This document shows, in pieces, positions 36,441 to 49,120 of a DNA stretch of 64,000 nt. The notes under the pieces were generated by a model. That model saw only the letters and a program-made list of their open reading frames with translations, did not search any database and was not told the origin of the DNA. The stretch is taken from positions 186,001 through 250,000 of the forward strand of contig JAPMXV010000011.1 of the NCBI GenBank assembly GCA_026936335.1. Reading direction: 5' to 3'. Made by a program: the position numbers and the translations under genes. Each line of letters opens with the position of its first letter. Within the stretch, counting starts at the first letter, position 1. This stretch comes from Mantamonas sphyraenae STR306 (Eukaryota; Protista; CRuMs).

Positions 36441-39400
36441 ATGACGGCGATCTTGCAGCGTACGCTGTCGCCGATCATCACGTCCTATCTCCACGAGTAT
36501 GTCGCAGACATGGACACGTCGGACCTGAAAATGTCGCTGTGGGACGGCGACGTTGAGCTGGAGAACATCCGACTGCGCTGCGAGAATCTCCCGCTCCCAC
36601 CCGATCTTCCCTTTGCGCTGCACTCTGTCCATATTAAGCAGTTGCGCCTGCATATACCCTGGTCTGCACTCACCACAGAGTCGGTGCGCATCGTCATTGG
36701 CTCTCCCACCGTCGTGCTCGTGCACAAGGGTGCCCAGGACGCCGACACGGACGACTCCAACTCCCCAGCGTCCACTCCGGCCTCCCACAACAACGTCTAT
36801 GCGTCTCCACAGGTTACCCCTCCATCAACACCGTCCACTCCATCCGCCTCGGACATTCCCTCTCAAGGATACCTGCGTTCTCTCGTCACCAAGTTGCTCG
36901 TGAACATTGTCTGGGCCGTCTCCGACCTCAACGTCACCTATCGCCACTCTCTGCATCCTGAGTTTGGGCAAATCTGCGCAGACATGCACATGGATCATCT
37001 TTCGGGTCGCGCTACTCACCCAGACTGGAATCCAGCCTTTGTCGAGCCCCAAGGCCAAGGTCAAACCGTCCACAAAGCCGTCCAGCTTCGCGGCCTCTCC
37101 CTTTCGTTGTATAGCAGCAAGCAACAGGCCAGCAATGCCCGCACGAACCTCCTTGACGACCTCTCACTGCAACTTCGCCTGCGTTTCCACCTCCTGCCCC
37201 AACTTGCTTCCCGTTCTCGCCGCCATCGCCAGCGTATCGACTTTCGCTTCGACTTTTTCCGCATCCACCTCTCAACCCATCACCTACGCCTCATCCTTGC
37301 CCTTCTGCCCGACCTTGTCCCTCGTAAATCTGAAACAGCGTCGTCGCAGGCTCTTTCCTCCGTCGCAACCCTCAAGTCCAACCTAAATCACCTCTCCTCC
37401 CACGGAAGCCTGGAACAGGGCAACTCCGATGCTCCCACAGAGTCAGGAGAGCTCATCGTGCCTCCGCTCGAGCCCAGTGACACGAGCAACAGTGCGGAGG
37501 AACGAGAGGACATTGACAAGCAACAGGGCTCTTGGGTCGGATGGGCCATGGAATTTTTCACAGAAGAGGAGGAGGAAAGCGGTGTTGTCGATACAGAGGC
37601 AAACCAAAGGGATGAAGCACAATCGCCGTCTGTGGACGATGGGGCTGCTGCACAGCCTGTGACGCCGCGTTCCGGACCCTCCACCCCACGGAGCACTCAG
37701 GCCACATCGCTCCCGTATGTACAAACAGAGGTGCAGAGTGCGCTCAATTACGGCCTTTCGACTGTGTTTGGTTTCCAGGCGAGTGAAATGGAGCGGGATC
37801 TGGGCAGCGACAGCGACTCGAACGATTCGGACGGCGATTCGGAGGCGGGCGACGCCTCAGCGCCTCATCTCATGAACCTGAGTGTAATGGTGACTGAGTT
37901 GCAGCTGGAACTCCTGGAGACGGTTGTGGTGACAGCCACACAAGGGAACCTGTCGGTCAGCTTGCGCGAGCAGCCGCAAATCCGCTTGAGTCTGGGCTCC
38001 ATGGAGGTGCAAGCTCTGTCCATGCCCTTACTGAAGATCATGCCGCAGCCACGCACTCGATTCAGCACGGCACACGATCGCGACACAGCGTTCCTCGCGT
38101 TTACGCTTTTTGACCCCGTATCGTCGAACAAGGCAATCCGCAGCCTTGCCTCCCAATGGGCGCTCCCTGCAGACGACGATGATGCACGTACCATGTCCAC
38201 AGACGACAGTGTATCTACCACACACTCTTCAGAGAGCACTTCGTCGAGACACCCGCGCACGTATGCAAGCATCACGCTCAACATCACCCCAACTCCACTT
38301 TTGTCCTCCGACCTCATGGACCTGGCTCAGGTGTTTGATCCGAATCTCATCAACGTTTCTCTGGAGGTCACATCGTTGCATTCGGTGCTCCATCCCGAGC
38401 AGATGCACGCATTGCTGGACCTGCTGGACCTGCTGGACCCGGGGAAGGCCCACGACGCCCAACACAGCAATCTAGACACCCAGGACTGGTATGACCACGC
38501 ACACGCCGATCCTACACGCCTGTTGGAGGACATTTGTGCTCATTTTGTACAGCGTTCGCGCGTGGGCCTGCACCAGGTCGCCATTTCGCGTGTCGGACGT
38601 CGCCCTTGCCCCTCCCTCTGCACATTGAATCGCCACAGGCGTTTGTGCTCACCTGCAATGCCGTGTCGTTGATGTTGAACGACTTGGAATCTGTGGCTGG
38701 CGTGTTTGAGCCCATCCATGCACACCTGGCAAACGCCGCGGTTGCATACGACGAGCAGGGCCGTGAGGGCAACGACGACCAGCAGGGGGACAAGCGTCCT
38801 CCATTCGTGACGATGCCATCTCATTTGCAATACCTCGTCTACGAACAGCTTGACGTGGTGGTTGAGCAGCTGGTGCTGTCGTGTGTGGCGGACTACAACG
38901 CAATCATCGGAGTACAGATGAAGCGTATGCGACGGCAGAGTCTGGTGGGCGAATCATCGTCTGCCTTTGCATCATCTGCATCCAGTGCATCCAGTGTAAC
39001 CACTAACACGACAACCACGTCCTCGTCGTCCTCGTCGTCCTCGTCTCTGGCACATGCCCAGGCCGACCGCCACGCACACATCGCCCCAGCGTGTATCATA
39101 CTCATGCCCATCGACATCAACGGCTGTGTACAAGTGTCACGTCTCCCTTTGTCGTTTCACGCAAGCACACCGCGGCTGCGTATGCAGATGGCGTCGCCTG
39201 GTGCCCATGTACGGCTTACACCAGAGCACTTGTTGCACGCCTTCAACCTGTTGTCCCTGTTCCTGGACACACCTATGCCCGAGGTGAGCATGAGACACAA
39301 GTTGACGACGGCTGCAGCTGTGTTCCAAGTGGACACCGGCCGTGTGGCTGTGGAAGTGGCCGAGTTTGCCGCATCGATGCAACTCCACACGCTGTGCACC

Positions 39401-42400
39401 TCTTTGGACGTTTCACTGGCCAGCGCTTCGTACAGGGATAGCTGCACGGCATGTGCGGCAGGACGTAGCGTATCGTTGCTGAGTGCCCAACTGGATGGCC
39501 ATCAGGATGACCAACGGCCGATGCTACTCCTGGCCGCCCATTGGCCCACGCACATGGACATCCACACACATACTCATCGGCCGCCATTTCTATTTCTGCG
39601 CAGTGTGCCGTGGGTCGCCACCATGGATCCCGTCGTGCTGGACACTCTCCGCAACATCACTGTCGGCTCCGCGCCATCCTCGCGCTCGTCACAGCCGGGT
39701 CAGCGACACACGACTTTACACACACCGGTGGAAAGACAGGTGTGGCACATGCACAGGGCCATCCTAGATGTTCACATCAACGCGTGCGCTCTGGTGCTTC
39801 CCATGCGTCACACCCACAGCCGACCCTCCGCCGCCACAGTCATTGCTGCTTGCGACGAGAGTTCGGCTGAACCCCCCGCGCATCTGGCTTCAGCTTGCGT
39901 TCCCGTCCTAATGGTGGCTCTGCCTGCCACAACTCTTGCGTCCACGCCTCAGTGGTTTTCTCGCGACGAGCCGCCGTCTTCTTGGTTGCCGTGGACCATG
40001 ACCATTGAAGGCCTCGCCATGTCTACTGCCCTCATGCATCCGGGGATGCAGGGAGACGCGGAAGAACCTGCCCTGCTGCATCGCCAGCCATTGTTGCAGC
40101 GCTGTACTTTTGATCTGCTGCTTACAGACACAGCTGGCGGGGCCTCACGTGACCAACTCTCCTTGTATCTCTCCAGCGAGCTACCCGAGATCCAATTACG
40201 ATGTACTGCAGCCCAGCTGCGTCTTCTATCGCCCATTTTTGGCCTACTCCACCACGTGCAGGCGGAACAGCAGAAACTCAGCGCGCTGGACAGCGAAGAC
40301 GAAGCGGCCGTCGAGAGCGAGGAGGACGACGTGCGTCACAATGACGACGACGTGCCTCATCCATCCCTCTCATTCTCTTTCTGTGTGGAACTTGCCATGC
40401 CCGCACTGCGCGTGCACATGGATCTGTGTGACGGATCTGTGTTGGAGGTGCGGCTCGGTCGCGCTGCATTCTTCTGGTACACCAACCAATTGCAGACGTT
40501 CCAAACCAATGTCTCGCTTGCCCAAATGGACGCAAGACTCGACTCTGGCGTGGTACTCCAGTGTCCAGCGCTTGACACGATCCCACTGACTGCGCCTACT
40601 CCACTGACTGCAAACGTGCTGGCCGAAGAGGAAGACACCACACCTTTCCTGGAATTCAAGTGGTTCCATGAAGCTGAACAGAATGACATGACGGTTTCGC
40701 TGCAAGCTTTTGACGTCGTATTGTGGATGCCGATGCTGGCGGCTGTGCAGGTGTCATTGGAGCCAGTGAGCGGGCAGGGAGCAACGTCCGTACGGCCCAC
40801 ACAATCGACTGCTGAGGCGACACCACTGGCGTTGCCGCAAGTGTTTCCTCGCATCCATGTGCAATGCGAATGTGTGCGTGTGTTTCTCCCAACCCAGTTT
40901 CCACAGGCCCACTGCCCGTTTGCCATGCTGGCTCTGAACTCGATGAATCTAAAGTCGACGGCCAATCTCATCCAGGCGCAGCTGAACCAGCTTGTGCTCA
41001 TCACGGATGATCTGATGGTGAAGGGAACGCCGTCAATGTCCTATCTCGACTCGCGAGGACGGCACACCATGCTGAAGCCCCTCAGTGTGCAAGTGCAGGT
41101 GGCGCTTCGTCCACAGCTGTTGTCGCTAGACGTGCGGTTCACCGAAGCACGCATGTACTGTTCGTCTGCACAGGTGGGTCTCATGCAACAGCTTGCCGCC
41201 ACGGTGCCCAGCCCTTCAACAATGCATGCGGGGTCAGAGGCCCCTGCAGCCCCGCCTCGGGCAACAGTGCCCATACGCCTGCAGATGCATGCACCAGCCT
41301 TGTTTCTGGAACTGCGCATGAGCCCCAACCCGACGCCGTTTGCCATTGTGAGCGTCCACGACGTGGCAGCCCACCTGGACCTGCAGCGAATGTCGTCCAG
41401 CCTGGCGGCCTCGCTACATCATATGTTGGCCCATTATGTCGATGCAAACGACGACAAGCAGCTTGTGCGTGTGCTACAGTCTCATGACATCACGGTGTCC
41501 TGGGAGATGCCTGCTGCTTTGCACGTGGCTGTGCGTCCCATCAAGCTGGATATCTTTCCCGAGGTGCTGGTTGCGGCGGCACTCTTTGTTGATGCCTGCA
41601 ACCGTGCAGCTCTGGCCATGCAGCTTGTGCGCAGTGCTTCGAGTGCTTCCATGGTCTCTCTGGCAGACGAGGGCGTCGACGTGTCCATCAACAACAACGA
41701 TATCTCTGAATCGGAGGATGCGAAGCCACCCCTTGAGCATCAGCAATTGGATGTGGATTTGTCCCTGCGTGAGATCGTTCTGCAAATGCACACGAGTGTG
41801 CAGTCGCGAGTGGAGCAAGACGGAGAGGAAGAAAATGGGGATGCACACCGGGGCGAAAGCAATCCGACGTGTGAAATGGCGCTGTGCGACGCGTCGATTC
41901 AGATGGCGCTGCTCGGAGGCGGACGCTCACGGCTGCATGGAAGTATCCTCAACGTGACGGTACACGTGGATCGGAAACACCGTCTGCTTCAGCCGGCAAC
42001 CGTTGAGGTGGACGTGGAACATGTGGTGCAGAGATCCGGATCGGCGACGTTGCATGTGGATGTGCGCGTGCCATCGCTTCGGCTGACCATGGCCCACCGA
42101 CACCTGAGCTCGGCCATTGCCCTCAGTAACGTGTTTGTACCTGCCATACAGCACGCCATGGATGTACACGAGCATGCACCGGCAACCGCGACGCTGGACG
42201 ATTCGACGGCAATGCTTGTGGATAGATCACAGGATGACTTGCGCACCCAAGACTTTTCGTTCACCAGCGCGCCTGCAGATGGTGGCATTGAAGCGGAAGC
42301 GCTCCCTGTACCCTTGCAGCTGATGCTTAGTGGTGAAGAGGCGTCGTCCGCGTGGATGGCCTGGGCATATCCAGAGGCACGCAGCGTGTGCGAGCTTGTG

Positions 42401-45400
42401 ACAACGCCGCTGACGTTGCACCAGCACGAACAGGTGTCTTGTGTACTCAGCTACTGGTCACCGGTGACGGGTGCATATGTGGCCGCTGCTCGCGTGCGCG
42501 TGTCACAGCGAAGCATCCGCACCATTGCCCTGCGTGGATTGCCGCTGAGCACGCAATGGAGGTTGCACGTGGATGTGCAGGACACTGCGTTGCAAGGATC
42601 CACATTGGCAGCGAGTGTGCGCATCAGCAGCCTGTCCCCACGAAGCTTGTCTGCGCAGGTTTACGTTAGCGCGACAGTGAACACGATGCAGCTGTCTGTG
42701 CGCAATCCCATGGAGGACAAACTGGAACAGGAGTTGATGTTGCTGCACGCACACTCTGTGGTCACACGGTTGGATGTATCACCGCATGGCACGTTGCTTG
42801 TGGACGCCAACGTGCATGTGCACGCTGTGCTGAACAACATGGCCACCAACACACAGGAGCCGTTGCTGGACGCATGTCACCTCTCGGCAGCCCTGAGCGT
42901 GGACAAACACATGGACAGCCACGGGCGCACGGAACGAGAGTCGACGCGGCTGGCAGTGCGAAGCAGCGGCTTGCAAGTGTGCGTAGGCCTGAATGCACTT
43001 CGAATGTTGCTTCAGAGTGCACGCGCGTTCCAAAGACGCTTGGAGCCTCTGTTTGCGCAACATGCACGCGTGTTGGCGCAGCGTTCGTACAGCGAGGACG
43101 AGCTGTGGTACGATGCGAGCGGAGACGGGGCAGTGACACCCGACGAGGACAACGACGATGCACAATGGGCTGGTACGCGGGAACACGGAAGCTATGCCGT
43201 GTTTGTCTTGGTCAATCACACAGGCATCGACCTGCGGTACGGCCAGCTGGGCACGGCAGAGATCGGGTACCTCGAAGCAGGGCGCAGCTGCGACTACCAT
43301 TGGTACACCCACCAAGAGACACAGTTCTGCAAGAAGCAGCTGCGAGTAGCAGCTGAGGCCGTCAAACTGCGGTGGACCGACCCTGTGGACATCCATCGTC
43401 CGGGTGTGCGTGAGCTTCGTGTCATGTACATGGGCGCGGAAGTGTCGATGTGGCTGCATGTGTATGCACAAGACTTCCAACTGCGGGTTGAGCTGTATCC
43501 AACACACACGTTGGTCAACACGCTGCCAGACAGCGTGCAGATGCAGATAGACTGTGCCGATGGCGATGGCGGTGGCGGTGGCAGCGACGACAGGATGTGG
43601 GAGCTGCCTGGCACAGACGTGTCTGCACGGTTGAGCAGCCCCACGTGTGCATACGTAATGATGCGAAAGGAGGAATCACGGGTGCGTGTGCGCGTGTGCG
43701 CAGATGCTCAGTCGGACAGGACGACGGCGTGGTCTCAGTGGGTTGACATACATCCAACCGATGTGTCCAGCAGCACTCTGGTAGACATGGACATGCAGGA
43801 CGGGAGCACACGATACGCATGCTGGCTACAGGTGGTCCGGAGGCGTGCGGCGGACGGCGGACTGCTGTGTGTGGCCCTGCACCCTGTGTTTGCCGTCCGC
43901 AACCGCACCACAATTCCCTTTAGCTACCAACTGTGGTCCACAACGACAAGCGCTCTTATGGAAGAGCAAGTGCCCGTGGGCGAACGGGTGATCCTGGACG
44001 GGCCGGCCATGGATCCCACAAACGGCCAGCTACTGTCATTCCGCTTCCACAGCGTCCATCGTGACCGTCGCGCTCTCTCGCGCTCATACCCGAGCCTGCC
44101 TCTAACCCAGGACTTTATCGACAGTGTGAAACAGCCTCTGGAAGCCCTGCCCGACAGGTCTGCGAGGGTGCATAGTTCGTCTTTGTCGTCATCGTCGTCC
44201 TCCTTGTCTGCCAATGGCCCCAGACAGGGGGAGGAGGAGGAGGACACACGCACAATGTATCTTGTGGACGAACTGCCTGCGGTGCCTGTGCGGACGCCTT
44301 CCGCGCTGAAGACTGCGCGGTTGCCTGCTGTGTCACTGTACCGACCGGAATCGCAAGCCCGGGCGGTGGGGGTGCGATATGCGTTGGACATGGACAACCC
44401 TCTGAGAAAAGGGACGACGAGTGCATACGCAGTGGCACGCCCCGTGGCTTCCATGGTACCCACTGTGGATGTGTGTGTGTACAACCAGCTTGAGGTGCAC
44501 AATTACACGCAGCTGCGCCTGCTCTTTCGTGTCGCACGCTCCGACAAACCAGCCGAGGTGGGCCCCAGCGATCTGGTGTTGTACCCATCCCATGATGTGG
44601 CAGACGCATACACACGCTTCCAAGTCGCCGTGCTGTTGGAAGGCAACGATACAGAGTCGGTGCCCTCCACAACTTGCTGGAGCGTGCCGCTGCCGCTGTT
44701 TCGGGACCAGACGCGTGATTTTGCGTACATGTTTGCTGTGAAGAAGGAATCTGCAAACGCACAGCCGATAGTGCTCAACGCACACGTGCAAGTGCGCGGG
44801 TTTGGCGTACGCGTACTCCTTCGCCCACAAATGGTTGTGTTCAACCAGCTGGACCGTGCCGTGGTGCTTTCAGGTGGAAACGAAGCGCCCGTGTGCACAG
44901 TTGACTCACAGAATCGGATGCAACTGGTCGTGTGGCCCAAATTGTGGCTGGAGGGCACCAAGACTGACCAGAAGCGGACCACGAGAGAGGAGGAGATGAA
45001 CAACAACAACAAGAAGAAGAACAAGTACAACAACGAGAAGGAAGACCAGGATGGGCCATCGGGATCCACAGAGGTGGAAGAGGGGGTGGAAATTGGCCAG
45101 GACCTGCTGCATGTGACATTTGCGCTGCAGATGGACGGGTATGCTCGCAGCGAGATGATTGAGGTGCCGTGTGAACAGGATTACGTACGCGACGTGTGCC
45201 TTTTGGCAGACGACCTGTCGCACATGCGTGTGGTGCGTGTGCAAGTGACGTTGCATCGCCGCATGAACAAGCTGCTATTGTGGCAGGCGCACCAGGCGCC
45301 GTTTGTGCTGCGCAACGAAAGCACACATGCGGACATGCTTGTGTGGCAGCAGCACTGCCCCGAGGCTACGCTGAGACTGCGTCCAGGCCAACACAGCGAC

Positions 45401-47614
45401 TTTGCCTTTCGCTCGTTGGACACAAAGCGTGCATCGAGCCGGGAGGACGAGGAGGAGGAGGAGGCAGAGGAAGGCAACACACGGGTGCAGCAGCGGATGT
45501 CGCTGTCGTCCATGCTGGGAATCCAGGTGGGCGTAAGCGACTCGGACCTGGCGACTATGAACACGCCGCCGAGACTGTGTGTGCAGATGGTGAGGGCCGG
45601 CGAGGAAGCGTCTGGAGCCAGTGAGCCGTTGACGCTGAGTGCCTTGACATGTGGTCATTCGCAGGGCAACGGAGTTCATGCGCTGGTGGAACAGCATGCA
45701 TCGCACTTTGTGGTTACGCTGGACAGCCGGGATCAGGAGCACAAGGGAGCAGGGACGCACGAGGAGGATGCATCGGTGATGGTGGAGATGCTGGACAGCA
45801 GCAACAGCGTCGAGGTGGCGTTGGACACCCTGGCATTGTGCGTTCTGCATGAACCGATGCGTGGGGAGGAGCAGTGGGCGGAAGCGTTGCGTGTGGAGGT
45901 GGGTGCGGTTCGGGTGGAGGTTGTACAGTCAGAGGCACGCGCGCACACACGTGCAGAGCAGACGATGCGCGTGGGTGTGCGCCTAGGAAGCGTGCAAGTG
46001 GACAATTACATGCCCGGGGCGGAGTTCCCTGTGCTACTCACCTCGTTGCCCGAGGGCAGCACCAACGACTTGGGGCAGTTTGGACAGCCGCCAGCCGTGC
46101 AGGTGAGCGTGGAAGTGGATGAGTTTGGCGGAGGCGAGAGCCGATTGCACAGTTTGGACGTGGATGCGCAACCGCTGCGGCTGTTCTTTGAGGACGGCCT
46201 TGTGGACGGCACGATGGAGTTGGTGGAAGGGGTGCTGGAGCTGGTGGGGGACGAGGCGTTGGACGAGGCCGGGGCCGGGACGAGTGCGGTAGTTCGGGGC
46301 TGGAGGGAGGCAGGCGCAGTCATGGGAGACGGAGAAGATGGGACGACGCTGTATTACGTCGGATACGAAGTGGAACGCAACATGGAGGCGTTGATGGAGG
46401 CGCCGGTGCGAGTTGTGCAAGCGGTGCATGCCATCCGCAGGTGTAACATCAGCAGCGTGCAGCTGCGTGCGTGGCTGCATGTGTCGTCGCCGGTGTATCT
46501 GAGTGTGGCGGACAGTCCGCTGGCAACGTCTGCAGTGCGTGTGCGGCAGGTGCAGGCCACGCCGCAGCAGTTGGCTCAGCTGCTTGTGAGCACGTACGTC
46601 AACGACGTGATTGTGGGTGCGCCTGCAGTGTTGGGCTCACTGCAGCTGCTGGGAAACCCAACTGCACTTGTGCGCAGCATCACCACGGGTGTGCAGGATC
46701 TGGTGCGACTGCCCACACAGGGGTGGCAGCAGGGACCGCGTGAGTTTGTGGCCGGCATCGGCTCCGGGCTGTCCTCGTTGCTCGTGAGCGTGTCGCAGGG
46801 CACGCTGCAATCGTTCAGTGGCCTGCTGGCCAGCCTTGGACGGAACATCAGCCTGTTGGGCATGGACTCGGAGCAGGGACGCAGGCGTTCGGCATCTTTG
46901 CAGGGAGGTCTGGCCTCAGGATTGGCTCAAGGGGTGCAAGGGGTGGGCGAAGGACTCATGCAGGGGCTGTCGGGCATTGTGACGCAACCGATGCGCTCTG
47001 CAAGCAGGGATGGGGCGGCTGGGCTGTTCCGGGGATTGGGCAAAGGGTTGCTGGGCGCAGTGGCACGTCCGGTGGGCGCAGTGTTTGAAATGGCCTCACA
47101 GACTACGTATGGATTCATGAACAGCGTCGGGTTGGGTCACGGCGTGGTACAGCGGCGACCGCGACGCGCGGTGGCGTGGCGTGGCGCCGTTCCGTCGCAT
47201 CCTGCATATGAGGTCATGCTGGAGCTGTTGTGGGCTCGCGAAGAGGTGACAGATGACGCATACGTGTACCACACGGAAGCATCTGTGTTGTCCATGGATA
47301 TGGACTGTGTGCTGCTGCTGACACGGCGTACGCTGTACATTGTGCGGGATGGCCTGAGCGGTGTGCTGCACGACTGCATCCCGCGTGCTTCGGTGGTCGC
47401 ATTCGGCGACGACCGTGGAGTGTTGGCAGACGCAGGCATCGAGGCATCGCCCGAGGAGCATCCTGCGGTGTTGCTCATTTTCACGCAGCAGGCGCAGGGT
47501 GCCGCCGAGGAAGGGAGCCAGGAGCAAGACGGCACAGCACGTGGAATCTGCTGGGCATTTGGATTTGCCACTGAGTTTCAGGCTGCGTTTGTGCGACTGG
47601 CCATGGAACAATGA
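36441..47614 (+). CDS. VPS13B: VPS13 family lipid-transfer protein, VPS13B-like
   Basis: N-terminal chorein motif YLHEYV..LKMSLWDGDVELENIRL; VPS13B-like DDLR..WAYPEAR and VNHTGIDLRYGQLGT..YHW; C-terminal LGSLQLLGNP and GLGKGLLGAVARPVG. A frame change between ~38540 and 38640 needs an intron ending at CAG 38638 or an indel. Confidence 0.88.
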
Positions 47615-47887
47615 TGCGCGAGAGACGATTGCGCCGGCGTTCGCAGCACAAAAATGTTGGTTACTTCCCGCAGACACTTCATCACACATCGCCTCCACAC
47701 ACGCACACACGTCGCCAGCCACACATGCACACGCACACCCACCGGTTAGGAGGCGTGCAACGTGTGCATGAGGGCAGGAGGGCGTGCGAGGCAGCGGCTC
47801 ATTGGCGGCTTGCATTTTTTTCGTACCCAGAAAAGGCCTTGCCCACAAGCCGTACAGGAAGCTCACACACAGCTGCACATCCCACAG

Positions 47888-48977
47888 ATGGCTATCGGCA
47901 AGAACAAGCGTCTGTCTCGCGGCAAGGGCAAGAAGGGAAAGAAGGTGTATGTTGCACGGGGACGGAGCAAAGAACGAAAGGAGAAAGCGCATGCGAAACG
48001 CAGCTGGAGGCGGCCTGCAGCGCGCAGCATGCACCACTGCCTGGCATGACCCATGGCCATGGCAGCGCACACCCGGCACACATGCATGGGTCTGGGTGTG
48101 CTGTGCTGTGTGTGGGCATGCAAGGCAGCAGCGTGCGGTTTTGTGCCTGCAGCCGGCCCTGAGAGGCCCCGGCTGCCGATTTTCGCATGCGCTTTCGTGC
48201 AAGGCAAAACGGGCGCGGGAGAGGTGGGGAGGAAGTGTGATGGGAAACTGACATGGCGTGTGACTGCATCACAGTGTGGACCCGTTCACCAAGAAGGAGT
48301 GGTACGAGGTGGTTGCACCCAACGTGTTCACGGTGCGCAACTTTGGCAAGACGCTGGTGACGCGCACTGCCGGCACCAAGATCGCGTCGGAGCAGCTCAA
48401 GGGCCGCGTGTTTGAGGCCTCGCTGGGCGACCTCAACAACGACGAGGATCAGTACTTCCGCAAGTTCCGCCTTCGTGCGGAGGATGTGCAGGGCCGTAAC
48501 GTGCTCACGAGCTTCCACGGCATGGATTTCACCACCGACAAGCTGCACTCGCTGGTGCGCAAGTGGCACTCGCTGATCGAGGCCTCTGTGGACGTCAAGA
48601 CCACTGACGGCTACCTCATCCGCATGTTCTGCATTGCGTTCACCCGCAAGTCGCGCGGCCAGACCTCCAAGACCTGCTATGCACAGACCTCGCAGATCAA
48701 GGAGATCCGCCGCCGCATGCGTGAGATCATGGTGCGTGAGGCTACCTGCGACGTCAAGGATCTGATCCCCAAGCTGTTCCCGGGCCTCATCGGCAACGAG
48801 ATCGAGAAGGCCTGCGCCCCGATCTTCCCGCTCAGCAATGTCTACGTGCGCAAGATCAAGGTGCTCAAGGCTCCCAAGTTCGACCTCACCCGTCTCATGG
48901 AGCAGCACAGCAAGACCAAGAACGACGCCGGCAAGAAGGTCGCGCGCCCGGCCCCTGCTGCTGAGGCCGAGGCATAA
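47888..48977 (+). CDS. RPS3A: 40S ribosomal protein eS1 (S3a)
   Basis: [20 protein letters not shown]|[28 protein letters not shown]; intron 47947-48274. Confidence 0.98.
47952..48202 (+). other. Long intronic fold-back RNA structure in the RPS3A intron
   Basis: Nested inverted repeats: 47952-47957/48197-48202, perfect 16 bp 47983-47998/48181-48196, 48037-48048/48117-48128 and 48067-48076/48092-48101. Side stem 48149-48156/48169-48176. Confidence 0.75.
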
Positions 48978-49120
48978 ATGCAATCACTGCGCCTTTTCTG
49001 TCCGTTTCCTCCTCCTCGTTGATGCTCCACAACAACACTGCCTGTGCTTTCTTGATCTCTGGGTGCTAACTGGTGGGCACATGCAAAGACAGCGGCAAAG
49101 AGAGAATGGACGTGGTGTTT

